Positions 37,063 through 45,881 of a stretch of 64,000 nucleotides of DNA are shown here, piece after piece. The notes below the pieces were generated by a model. The model worked only from the letters and a program-made list of their open reading frames with translations, did not search any database and had not been told where the DNA came from. The DNA is taken from the NCBI GenBank assembly GCA_003559575.1, contig PWKZ01000147.1:35471-99470 (forward strand), given 5' to 3'. The translations under genes were made by a program, and so were the position numbers. This DNA comes from Bradymonadales bacterium. GTDB lineage: Bacteria > Myxococcota_A > UBA9042 > PWKZ01. Numbering within the stretch: position 1 is the stretch's first letter; each line of letters begins with the position of its first letter.

Positions 37063-38559
37063 TCAGGCGTGCCCCGCCCGAGCTCTCAACCTGGTCCACG
37101 CGATGAGCGAGCCCGGAAGAAGCAAGAGGAGGCCCCCCGCAAAGGGCGAACCCGTCGTGTGGCATCCTCCCCCGCCTGACGAGGGGCCGGCGGATCCCGG
37201 CGCTCGGTCGGACCACCGCGCGATCTCCGCGCTCGTCGGCACATCGCCGGTCGACGGACCGTCAGGAGGGCCTCCCGAGGGGGGAGCCTGCCCAGCGTCG
37301 TCGTGATTCATGTCCGCGGGCTCGCCCCCGCTCGAGCCCGTGTCGGCGCGCGCAAGCCCCGCATCATGCGCCTTGACGTCGGGATCGGGCGCCACCACAT
37401 CGGGACTGGGGGAGGGATCGGGCGGGAGCGGATCCGGCTCTTCCCCGTCGACTGGACAACCCTCGGTCCCCGCGCCCCGGTTGTCGATGGTCAGATCGAT
37501 CGCCCCGCGATCGTCGGTTGCCCAAGCGTAGAAATCTTCAAAGCGCGCGCCGTAACGCGCGACCTTTGCAATCTGGGTTGTCGTGGGTGGCCGGCCCGTC
37601 GAATAGACGAGGACTAACGCACCCTTCCAATGACACGGATCGGTCGGCGGCACGCGCGCTCCATCGGCAAGGATGATATCGTCGACCGTGAACTCCTCGC
37701 GTCGACCGGAAACTTCCTTCTCCGTCCCGGGCATGACGGGGAAACGGGCCGAGTTACCCATCACATCGGGGCGCACATAGAACAGCGGCCCGACCTCGTC
37801 GGCTCCGCGCAGCCCCATGAGGTATTGATCGAGCGGTCCGTACCTCAACCCTCCGTCATTGTAGAACCGAAACAGACGCTCACCAATCTGTTCGATCTGA
37901 TTACCGAACATCACGCTTTCGGAGGCGAAATAGTATGACCAGTGGAGGGTGTAGGCCGACTCGGGTTGGCCGCTGCACATGCGGCCACCGGGCGAGGACT
38001 CGTCGGTGGGGGGGATGAACGCCCGCAGGAGACACTGCCGCCCATAGCCGTCTCCCCGGTCAAACGAAGAGTGAGCGAGCCAGTAATGGCCAAGCTCATG
38101 CGCCATCACCTGTACCCCCGTCAGCGACATCTCGCTGACCGCGGTGTAAATCCGGTCGGGGTCATCCGGTAAGTCGTCCACCTGCGCCATGTTCACTGCG
38201 TGCTTGAGGCGTCCCGTGCAGAACTCACTCGACAGGTTCGTAGGACCCTTGCCGATTCCTCCTTGATTTTGAAAGACCGTGATCCCCATCGGGATGTTGT
38301 GCAAAAAGCCAAGTGATTTGGTTGCGAAGACAAAGATGACATCATAAAGGTCTCTCTTGGGGTCTGCCTCTAAGATCGCGCACGCCACCTTGGATAGGTA
38401 GCTGTGAGGCCATAGATTGTGGCTGGTGAGGGAGTTGTTGACATCCTCCACGAGGAGGACATCCGTGGAGGTAACCGCCGCCCGGGCGTGTCGCGGAATG
38501 CCGGGCAAATGGCTGCTCGCGATCAATAGAAACGTGACTACCACAAGTTCTTTGCACAT
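37063..38559 (-). CDS. Secreted zinc metalloprotease (HExxH) with Pro/Gly-rich linker and MYXO-CTERM-like C-terminal sorting tail
   Basis: Start MCKELVVVTFLLIAS (signal peptide; ATG on minus strand at 38559). Zinc-binding site MAHELGHYWL. C-terminus GGGGCHTTGSPFAGGLLLLLPGSLIAWTRLRARAG (GC + hydrophobic helix + Arg cluster) resembles the MYXO-CTERM motif. Confidence 0.65.
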   Translation of the reverse strand: MCKELVVVTFLLIASSHLPGIPRHARAAVTSTDVLLVEDVNNSLTSHNLWPHSYLSKVACAILEADPKRDLYDVIFVFATKSLGFLHNIPMGITVFQNQGGIGKGPTNLSSEFCTGRLKHAVNMAQVDDLPDDPDRIYTAVSEMSLTGVQVMAHELGHYWLAHSSFDRGDGYGRQCLLRAFIPPTDESSPGGRMCSGQPESAYTLHWSYYFASESVMFGNQIEQIGERLFRFYNDGGLRYGPLDQYLMGLRGADEVGPLFYVRPDVMGNSARFPVMPGTEKEVSGRREEFTVDDIILADGARVPPTDPCHWKGALVLVYSTGRPPTTTQIAKVARYGARFEDFYAWATDDRGAIDLTIDNRGAGTEGCPVDGEEPDPLPPDPSPSPDVVAPDPDVKAHDAGLARADTGSSGGEPADMNHDDAGQAPPSGGPPDGPSTGDVPTSAEIARWSDRAPGSAGPSSGGGGCHTTGSPFAGGLLLLLPGSLIAWTRLRARAGHA

Positions 38560-38615
38560 CTTGGGCCGGCTCCTCGGATCCGTACGGCATGAAATCTCTT
38601 GAACAGCGCCCGGCA

Positions 38616-39092
38616 CTAACGCCTGGCGGGCATCGTCGCCACCGTCCCGTCAATGCGGGCGTCGAGCGGGGCCTCGGGGTCGTAGTTCCACAGCGCGATG
38701 CGACGCTCGGCCAACTCCTCCTTGAGCTCGCGACAGAAGTGGCGCTCCCACGGCATTTGCAAAAAGAGCTGCCGGATGCGGCGGCGATAGGCGCGGATCT
38801 CCTCGAGCGCCTGCTCGGCGAACAGCGCGGGCGGCCTGTAGCGCTGCATGCGGATCTCGTCGAGGAGGGCCATGCGGTCACGCTGCCACCCTTGGCTCCG
38901 GTCTAACTCGAGCTCTTCATCGGCGTAGTACTCGACTCGAGGGACATTGCGGAGCGTGAATTGGGGCTCGAGCGCCTCCATGCGTTGAGTTAGCTCGGGC
39001 GGATATTCCTCCTCGGACATCGGGCGCACCGGCCACGGTAGCGGGCCGCGCCGGGTCGTGGTCAAATCGAACGCCATCAGCCGGGTCAGCAT
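38616..39092 (-). CDS. Hypothetical protein (start uncertain)
   Basis: Only the C-terminal ~150 codons of the 300-aa track ORF look coding (MLTRLMAFDL...EEEYPPELTQRMEALEPQF...). The N-terminal part is R/P/S-rich low complexity typical of off-frame GC-rich translation. Confidence 0.3.
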   Translation of the reverse strand: MLTRLMAFDLTTTRRGPLPWPVRPMSEEEYPPELTQRMEALEPQFTLRNVPRVEYYADEELELDRSQGWQRDRMALLDEIRMQRYRPPALFAEQALEEIRAYRRRIRQLFLQMPWERHFCRELKEELAERRIALWNYDPEAPLDARIDGTVATMPARR

Positions 39093-39378
39093 ACCGAGCG
39101 CCGCCGACGTGGTGGGAGTCCGGGCGGCTTGCTCGAAGCGGTCACCGATGGCGGCGCGCGTGACCTCCGTCGCTCCGGGGCCGCTCCTGGCTGTCAGGCC
39201 CGCCCAAAACGCGCGCGCGCGACGGTCGCGAGAGCCGAAAGGAGGCCGAAGCGGCAGCTGGGCCGCCGGCGGCGAGGTGGTCGGCACCTCAACACTCTCC
39301 CTTTGCGGTCTCGTGGGCGTCCGCTTCACTACCCCAGTCTCCAATCCTCGAGGCACTCGAGTTACGCTTGGCGCTCCT

Positions 39379-40824
39379 TCACTCCTTGGCCGCAGGGGGC
39401 TCGACAGCGTTCTCGAGGGCCTCGGTGCTCTCGGTGAGAATGGCAAGTACCTCCTTGACCAGCGAAAGCGCCTCGTGCGGCTTGTGTCGTTCGAGCCGCT
39501 TGCGTTTTTCCGCTCCAAGCTGCTCTGAGTCGATCCCGGCGTAGACCTTGAGCCCTTTTTCGACGTCGCGGAGGTAGCTCCGGCATGTCCGCACTTCGTT
39601 CCTGATACTCTCGAGGGGTTCGGCGATGGCGGCCCGGACGTCTTTGGCCGCGCTCTCGAGAGCCGTCGCCGGGGCCGCCTCGAGTTCTTCCTCCCGCGCG
39701 CCGGCGTGCCGCAGTTGGCGGTTCTCTCGCCGCAGCCTCTCGGCTTCGCGCTGGGCGGTGTAGTAGTCTTCGAGCAGTTTCCCGCGCTCCTCGTCCATGC
39801 CGGTGATGCCGGCCCCCAATTGGACCTGTCGCATCTCGTAGTCCTTCTCGTCGATCATCCGACGCAGATCGCCGATATGGTTCTCCTTTTCGACTATCAC
39901 CTCGCGCAGCTCATTGACGCGCTTTTCAAGATCGGCCTGAATGCGGTTGTCCTCGTTATAGCGGTCCTCGATGCTCTGCATCTCCTCGCGGAGTTGCTGA
40001 AGATCGTATTCTTTGAGATCGAGCCCCTTGCGCATCTCTTCGAGTTGGCGCTCTTTGTGGACGACCTGGATCTTCAAGTTGGAGAGCAAGTCGGCGCGCT
40101 CCGACTCCTTGCGGATGAACTCCTCGATCCGGCGCTCGAGCTTTTCGGCTCGCGCCTCGGCCTCCTCGGCCGCCGCGGCGCGCTCCTCAGCCAGCTCACG
40201 GGCCTCCTTGTGCTGCTGTTGCAGGAGCCGCAATTGCTGCTCGAGTTCAGCCCGCGCCGCTTCCAGCCGTTTTGCCTCGTTGGTCTGGTGGCGGAGCCGG
40301 CTCTTGAGTTCGGCCGCGTCGCCCTCGGCGCCGTCGGGGGCGGAGGGCTCGGAGGGGGGCACCATCGCCACCACGTCGGCGACGGCCTCAGGAGTGGCCG
40401 CGGGCTCGGCCACCTGCGCGGGCCGCGAATCGGTGGCTTTTTTGCGCGCGGCTTTGGTCTTGGGTCGCGGCTTGGCCTCCCGGGCCACTGCCTTGGCGGC
40501 AGTGACGCGCGGCTGATCCTCGAAGACGACGGTCACGTCCCCCACCTGGAGCTCCACCCGCGGGCCCTCGAGCGCGCGCGTGGTGACGCGCTCTTCACCA
40601 ATGAACGTGCCGTTGGCGCTCTTGAGGTCGTGCAGCACGAACTGCCCATGCTCGTGGGTGATTTTGGCGTGTTGCCGTGAGATCGAGGGGTTGCGGATCA
40701 CTACCGCGCAGCGAGGATGACGCCCGATTGTGACTTCATCGGCGTCCGGAATGAGCTCGATCTCGCTTTGGCCGCCGTCCGGGTTTGGAAAGAGCAACCG
40801 AGCCAAAGCAATCCTCCAGGTCAA
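39379..40824 (-). CDS. FHA domain protein with long C-terminal coiled-coil
   Basis: N-terminal FHA (VTIGRHPRCAVVIRNPSISRQHAKITHEHGQFVLHDLKSANGTFIGEERV). Ala/Pro-rich linker, then ~270 aa of heptad-rich E/R/L/Q coiled coil. Confidence 0.7.
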   Translation of the reverse strand: MTWRIALARLLFPNPDGGQSEIELIPDADEVTIGRHPRCAVVIRNPSISRQHAKITHEHGQFVLHDLKSANGTFIGEERVTTRALEGPRVELQVGDVTVVFEDQPRVTAAKAVAREAKPRPKTKAARKKATDSRPAQVAEPAATPEAVADVVAMVPPSEPSAPDGAEGDAAELKSRLRHQTNEAKRLEAARAELEQQLRLLQQQHKEARELAEERAAAAEEAEARAEKLERRIEEFIRKESERADLLSNLKIQVVHKERQLEEMRKGLDLKEYDLQQLREEMQSIEDRYNEDNRIQADLEKRVNELREVIVEKENHIGDLRRMIDEKDYEMRQVQLGAGITGMDEERGKLLEDYYTAQREAERLRRENRQLRHAGAREEELEAAPATALESAAKDVRAAIAEPLESIRNEVRTCRSYLRDVEKGLKVYAGIDSEQLGAEKRKRLERHKPHEALSLVKEVLAILTESTEALENAVEPPAAKE

Positions 40825-40879
40825 GAAGTAGATTCTGCGGACGGGACGAGTATAGCCACCACGGCGCCGCGCTGTCCAC

Positions 40880-41689
40880 TTAGGGTGGGCTCGTGTTGAG
40901 GCGCTTCTGGACCTGCTGCATGTCCTCCCAGACGGGTCGCTTGAGTTTGGCGTCGCGCAGTAGCGCCGCCGGGTGGTAGGTGGGCATTATCGGGGTACCG
41001 TGGTAGTCGTGAAAGCGCCCTCGCAGGCTCCCGAGCGGCTTTGTTGTGTTGAGCAGGGCCTGCGTCGCCACCTTGCCAAGGGCGACTATCACCTCGGGCT
41101 TCACCAGCTCAATCTGACGTTGCACAAACGGGACGCAGGCCGCCATCTCAGGTGGCCGGGGGTCGCGGTTTTGCGGTGGCCGGCACTTGACGATGTTGCA
41201 GATGTAGACCTCGTCGCGCGCGAGCCCGATTGCTTTGAGAATGCGGGTCAGCAGCTCCCCCGCGGGCCCGACGAACGGCCGGCCCGAGCGGTCCTCGCGG
41301 TATCCCGGCCCCTCACCTATAACCAACAGCCGCGCCTGTGCCGGACCCTCGCCGAATACGATCTTCGTGCGCTGGTGAGCAAGATCGCAGCGCCGGCAGG
41401 CGCCCAAGATGTGGCGTAATGACTCGAGGTCGGTGGCGGTGGCGGGCTCACCTGCGGGAGATGGAGGGCCGGAGGGGCTGTCCGGTGAGTCGCCGGAGGA
41501 GGGGGGGCGGAGAGGGGCGAGGGTGCGCTTGGCCTGGGGCGTGCGTGGGACGCCCCACGCGCCGGCGCTCTTCTCCCAGTCCAGTAGCGCGCGCGCATCG
41601 GCGACCAGCTCGCCCAGGGAGGCCTTGATCTCGGCGGCAAATTGTTGGCGGAGATCGTCGCCGGCTTGATGATCGCGGGAGGCGGGCAT
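40880..41689 (-). CDS. Uracil-DNA glycosylase, family 4, with ~100-aa N-terminal extension
   Basis: Family-4 UDG motifs: CRRCDLAHQRTKIVFGEGPAQARLLVIGEGPGYREDRSGRPFVGPAG ... NIVKCRPPQNRDP ... HPAALLR. Confidence 0.75.
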   Translation of the reverse strand: MPASRDHQAGDDLRQQFAAEIKASLGELVADARALLDWEKSAGAWGVPRTPQAKRTLAPLRPPSSGDSPDSPSGPPSPAGEPATATDLESLRHILGACRRCDLAHQRTKIVFGEGPAQARLLVIGEGPGYREDRSGRPFVGPAGELLTRILKAIGLARDEVYICNIVKCRPPQNRDPRPPEMAACVPFVQRQIELVKPEVIVALGKVATQALLNTTKPLGSLRGRFHDYHGTPIMPTYHPAALLRDAKLKRPVWEDMQQVQKRLNTSPP

Positions 41690-42957
41690 CAGGTGACCTC
41701 CTCGGGTGTGCGGGTGGCGAGCCGAGGCGCCAGCCGATCAAGCAGGGCGTGCGCCAACTCCGCCTTGTCGACCAGTGGAAATGACTCTTGGGTGCCTGAG
41801 CGGTCCACCAGCACCCCGGAGTTTTTGCGACAGGCGAAGCCGCCGCGCCCTCCCCCTACCAGATTGCCGAACAGGAAGTCGACGTTCTTGGCGGCCCTCT
41901 TGCGGTGCGCGGCGGCGACTACATCCTCGGTCTCGGCGGCAAAGCCGAGGGTCAACGGCCTGGTCTCGAGAGAGCCCACCTCGGCGAGAATGTCCGGGTT
42001 GAGCGCCAGGCGAATCTCTTTGTCGCCCGAGGTCTTGTGGATCTTGGCGGTGGCCCGCGCGGTGGGCCGATAATCGCTCACGGCGGCCACCATCGCCAGC
42101 ATATCGGCCTCGGCCAGACGCGTCATGACCTCGGCGCGCATCTCGATTGCCGTCGTGACGGATACCACCTCGACCCCCCGCGGAGGGTTGAGCGCGGTGG
42201 GTCCACTTATCAGCACCACCCGTGCTCCGCGCAGTTGGGCCGCGGCGGCCAGGGCATAACCCATCAGGCCGGTGGAGTGGTTGCCCACGAAGCGGACCGG
42301 ATCGAACGGCTCGTAGGTCGGGCCGGCGGTGACGAGCACAAACCGGCCGGCGAGATCCTGAGGGGAGAGCAGGCGGCGTGCGTCGTCCATGATCTGGTCG
42401 ATCGGGGCAAGACGTCCGGCGCCGTCGACGCCGCAGGCCAGCTCCCCGCTCTCGGGCGGCACCACATGATAGCGCGCGAGGTTCGTCAGCCGCGCCAGGT
42501 TCTCTTGCACGAGAGGGTTCGACCACATCTCGACGTTCATCGCCGGCGCCAGCAGGACCGGAGTGCGGGAGGCCATCACCAGCGAGGTCAAGAGATTGTC
42601 GGCGAGTCCGCCGGCGATGCGGCCGATGGTGTTGGCTGTCGCTGGCGCGATGATGATGAGGTCGCTCTGGCGGCCGTGGTCCGTGTGTTGGATCCTGGTG
42701 CCGGGCGCGGTCTGCCACATATCGCAGGCCACGGGGCGGGTCGAGAGCACTTCAAAGGTCAAGGGCTGCACCAACCGGGTCGCGGCCTCGGTCATCACCA
42801 CCTGGACCCGAGCGCCTTCGCGGACCAGCGCGCGAGTCAGCTCGGCTGATTTGTAAGCGGCGATGCCGCCACACACGCCGAGGAGCACGCGACGGTCTTC
42901 CAACGGCGCGGCGGTGGCGCCGGGTGATGAGAGCTGTGTGTCGTTCATGGTCCCCAC
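41689..42957 (-). CDS. coaBC: Bifunctional phosphopantothenoylcysteine decarboxylase / phosphopantothenate-cysteine ligase
   Basis: N-terminal flavoprotein domain (VLLGVCGGIAAYKSAELTRAL...PAMNVEMW) and C-terminal CoaB domain (VLVTAGPTYEPFDPVRFVGNHSTGLMGYALA...AAVSDYRP). Confidence 0.85.
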   Translation of the reverse strand: MGTMNDTQLSSPGATAAPLEDRRVLLGVCGGIAAYKSAELTRALVREGARVQVVMTEAATRLVQPLTFEVLSTRPVACDMWQTAPGTRIQHTDHGRQSDLIIIAPATANTIGRIAGGLADNLLTSLVMASRTPVLLAPAMNVEMWSNPLVQENLARLTNLARYHVVPPESGELACGVDGAGRLAPIDQIMDDARRLLSPQDLAGRFVLVTAGPTYEPFDPVRFVGNHSTGLMGYALAAAAQLRGARVVLISGPTALNPPRGVEVVSVTTAIEMRAEVMTRLAEADMLAMVAAVSDYRPTARATAKIHKTSGDKEIRLALNPDILAEVGSLETRPLTLGFAAETEDVVAAAHRKRAAKNVDFLFGNLVGGGRGGFACRKNSGVLVDRSGTQESFPLVDKAELAHALLDRLAPRLATRTPEEVT

Positions 42958-43138
42958 TCTCTTTCAGGGCAGTGTGTCTCCGGAGGCGCGCTCGCTTCGA
43001 CCAAGATTCAGTGTAGCACCGCCGAGGCAGTTACATCCAGGCGGGAGGGGGCCTTTGCCGGATTGAGGACTGCGGAGGTACAATCGCGTCGGCTGTTGAC
43101 GAATTGAGCGCAGCAGACCGCTTCCATGAGGAGACGAC

Positions 43139-45073
43139 ATGATGTTACCACGGCTCGCTCTGTTTCTGGTGCTCACTTGCAACCTCGCTTGCTCGCTTTC
43201 GAGCACGCCGAAGGAGTACCCGGGCGAGCGCCCTGTTCACGCCGCCACATCGGCGACGCCGATGGTGGCGGCGGCGGTCCTCGGGGAGGACCATCCGGGC
43301 GATGGGCAGGCAAACTGCACCCAATGTCATGGGGTCCCTCACGGCGGCACGCGGAGCGACCACTGTGCCGTCTGTCACGGCTTGAACGCCGCTCCCCCTC
43401 GTCCGGTGGACCACGCGGCGGTCGCTTGCGCCGCTTGTCACGCCCACAGTCACGAAGAGGCCGACTTCTTTGGCGACGAACAAAGCTGCGCGGTTTGCCA
43501 TCACTACGCGGCGCCGTCCTCTTGTGGCATCACCAAGAGCTATGACGTGATCGTGGTGGGGGCAGGCGGCGGCGGGCTTGCGGCCGCGGCGCGGCTCGCG
43601 CGTTCCGGCTACAAGGTGCTGCTACTCGAAAAACACAACAAGGTGGGTGGCTACATGACGAACTTCGTCCGCGGTGATTACCGTTTCGAGGTCTCGCTTC
43701 ACGCGATGGGAGGGCTGAACGAGGGGGGTTCGGTTCATGCCATGTTCGAGCGGCTGGGAATCCTCGAGCACGTCCAGATCGTAGCCTCCGATCCGCTTTA
43801 CCGGGTCGTGATGCCGGGGCTGACTTTTGACGTCCCGGCCGATATCGGCGCATACGAGGCGCGGCTCAAGGAGACCTTCCCCGCAGAGGCCGAAGCGCTT
43901 GCGGCCTTCTTCCAACTGACCGACGACGTCGATCACGCCTTGGAGGCCATAGTGGCGATGCTGGCCGGCGACATGGCGCCCATCAACGCACTCGTGGCCG
44001 AGCGGCCGCAAGCGATGGCCACAATCCTGGGTTACATGGACGCCACGCTTGCCGAGGTGATGCGTAACTACTTCGAAGACGAGACACTCATGGCGCTCAT
44101 GACCCAGCTTGCATGCTACGCGGGCGCTGAACCGGAGCGCCTGTCGGCGGCCTTCTTCATGGCGATGTGGAACAGCTATCATCGCACCGGATTCTTCAAC
44201 TTCATCGGCGGATCCCAGGCGGTCTCGGACGCGATGGCGGAGGTGGTTCGGCAGAATGGCGGGGAGGTGCAGCTCGGGAGCTTGGTGGAAGAGATAGTGA
44301 TCGAAGACGGGCGCGCCACCGCCGTGCGCACGGCCGACGGGAGTTGCTACCGGACCCGCTTTGTGGTCTCCAACGCCAACCCAGCCACGACCCTCGAGCT
44401 CATCGGACGCGACAACCTGCCCGAGGAGTGGGTCACCGAGGTCGAGGAGGCACGCGTGGCCTTCTCGATCTTCGTGGTCTACCTTGGGGTCGATCACGAC
44501 TTCGTGCCGGAGATGGATGGCGCCCACGAGATAATCATCCAGGCCCACGCGACGATGGACGCTCCCTACCGCGCCATCGAGGAGTGCGACGTGGACGGGA
44601 CGATGCTGTTGGTGACCAATTATTCGCTCATCGATCCGACCGCCGCGCCCGAGGGCAAGAACCTCATCACGATCACCGGAGGGCTGGACTACGACTGCTT
44701 TGAACAGTGGGGCTGGGCCAACCGCGACGGTTATTTTGACATCCGCGACGAGCTGGCTTGGCGGGTGGTGGCGCGTACCGAGGAGCTGTTGCCCGGGCTG
44801 AGTGGTCATGTGGAGGTGATGGAGGTCGCCTCACCGATCACGATGGAGAAGTTCACCTTGAACCCGCGCGGCACAATCTACGGCTCCGAGCCCTCGCCGG
44901 ATCAGGCCTTGACGGAGCGTCTGGATCCGCAGACGCCAATCCCCAACGTGCTCCTGGCCGGCGCCTGGACTTTCCCCGGTCCGGGGCAGTCGGCGGTCCT
45001 GCAGAGCGGAGAGATCGCCGCCGAAACCATTTTGGAGGTTGATGCAGACATGGCGACCGGAGTCGTCCCGTGA
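43139..45073 (+). CDS. Periplasmic flavocytochrome: N-terminal tetraheme cytochrome c domain fused to phytoene-desaturase (CrtI)/amine-oxidase family FAD oxidoreductase
   Basis: Signal peptide MMLPRLALFLVLTCNLACS; four CxxCH motifs (CTQCH, CAVCH, CAACH, CAVCH) within aa 60-125. Then Rossmann FAD motif DVIVVGAGGGGLAAAARLARSGYKVLLLEKHNKVGGY and CrtI-like body to the C-terminus. Confidence 0.75.
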   Translation: MMLPRLALFLVLTCNLACSLSSTPKEYPGERPVHAATSATPMVAAAVLGEDHPGDGQANCTQCHGVPHGGTRSDHCAVCHGLNAAPPRPVDHAAVACAACHAHSHEEADFFGDEQSCAVCHHYAAPSSCGITKSYDVIVVGAGGGGLAAAARLARSGYKVLLLEKHNKVGGYMTNFVRGDYRFEVSLHAMGGLNEGGSVHAMFERLGILEHVQIVASDPLYRVVMPGLTFDVPADIGAYEARLKETFPAEAEALAAFFQLTDDVDHALEAIVAMLAGDMAPINALVAERPQAMATILGYMDATLAEVMRNYFEDETLMALMTQLACYAGAEPERLSAAFFMAMWNSYHRTGFFNFIGGSQAVSDAMAEVVRQNGGEVQLGSLVEEIVIEDGRATAVRTADGSCYRTRFVVSNANPATTLELIGRDNLPEEWVTEVEEARVAFSIFVVYLGVDHDFVPEMDGAHEIIIQAHATMDAPYRAIEECDVDGTMLLVTNYSLIDPTAAPEGKNLITITGGLDYDCFEQWGWANRDGYFDIRDELAWRVVARTEELLPGLSGHVEVMEVASPITMEKFTLNPRGTIYGSEPSPDQALTERLDPQTPIPNVLLAGAWTFPGPGQSAVLQSGEIAAETILEVDADMATGVVP

Positions 45074-45750
45074 AAAAAAAAGCTACCGAAGTCATCGCAC
45101 GCGCCGAGACCGACGACGGGTTGCTGGAGCTCGTCCGGCGGGCCGACGGCGCCTATCTGATTCTACACGGCGGTCGAGTGTTGATGAACAGTGCCCAGAA
45201 CCGCTCGGAGGTGGTGCTCGGCGAGCTGGCGGCCCGGGCGGTGGCCGACAGGACAGCACCGCGAGTGCTGGTGGGTGGCCTCGGGATGGGCTTGACGCTG
45301 CGCGCGGTCCTGGCGATTCTGCCGCGGCGGGCCGAGGTGCTGGTCGCCGAACTCAACCCGGTGGTGGTCTCCTGGTGCGAGGGGCCCCTCGCACCGCTCA
45401 ACGGAGCGGCGCTCGACGATCCGCGGGTGCGTTTACAGATCGGCTGCGTGGCGGCGGTCCTTGCGGCGGCACGCGCGGCCGGCGGCACGCGACGGTTTGA
45501 CGCGGTGTTGTTCGACCTCTACGAAGGGCCGCGGACCGCCACCCAGGGTGCCGACGACCCCTTGTATGGCCGCGCCGCCATCGGCGCGGCGCGCGGCGCG
45601 CTCTGCTCCGACGGCGTGTTCGCGGTATGGGGCGAGGCCCCGGACGCGCCCTTTGAGGCCCGCCTGAAACGGGCGGGCTTCACAGTCAGCCGCCACCGCC
45701 CCGGCCGCGGTGGTCACCGGCATGTGGTCTATCTCGCGAATCTCGCCTAG
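45070..45750 (+). CDS. Spermidine-synthase-like / class I SAM-dependent methyltransferase-fold protein
   Basis: GTG start overlapping the upstream stop (GTGA). Motif VLVGGLGMGLTLRAVL...VLVAELNPVV... is consistent with the polyamine aminopropyltransferase-like fold. Assignment is tentative. Confidence 0.5.
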   Translation: MKKKATEVIARAETDDGLLELVRRADGAYLILHGGRVLMNSAQNRSEVVLGELAARAVADRTAPRVLVGGLGMGLTLRAVLAILPRRAEVLVAELNPVVVSWCEGPLAPLNGAALDDPRVRLQIGCVAAVLAAARAAGGTRRFDAVLFDLYEGPRTATQGADDPLYGRAAIGAARGALCSDGVFAVWGEAPDAPFEARLKRAGFTVSRHRPGRGGHRHVVYLANLA

Positions 45751-45881
45751 CATCAAGTTGCGCGACCAAAAGCGGTAGTGCGAGACAGGCGCAATCCTGA
45801 GATTATCCCGCCAACCGCGGCGCGCGCTGCGTCTATGACTTCGGTACGCAACACAAGGTTGTGGGGTGAGCCGAGTCGTCC

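Noticed and set aside
45070-45080. A9 homopolymer (GTGAAAAAAAAAGCT) at the start of the spermidine-synthase-like gene as a possible slippage/phase-variation site
   Set aside because: A single homopolymer at a start codon in a GC-rich genome is suggestive, but no supporting evidence (for example alternative frames with function) is visible. Mentioned only as a place to check read support.
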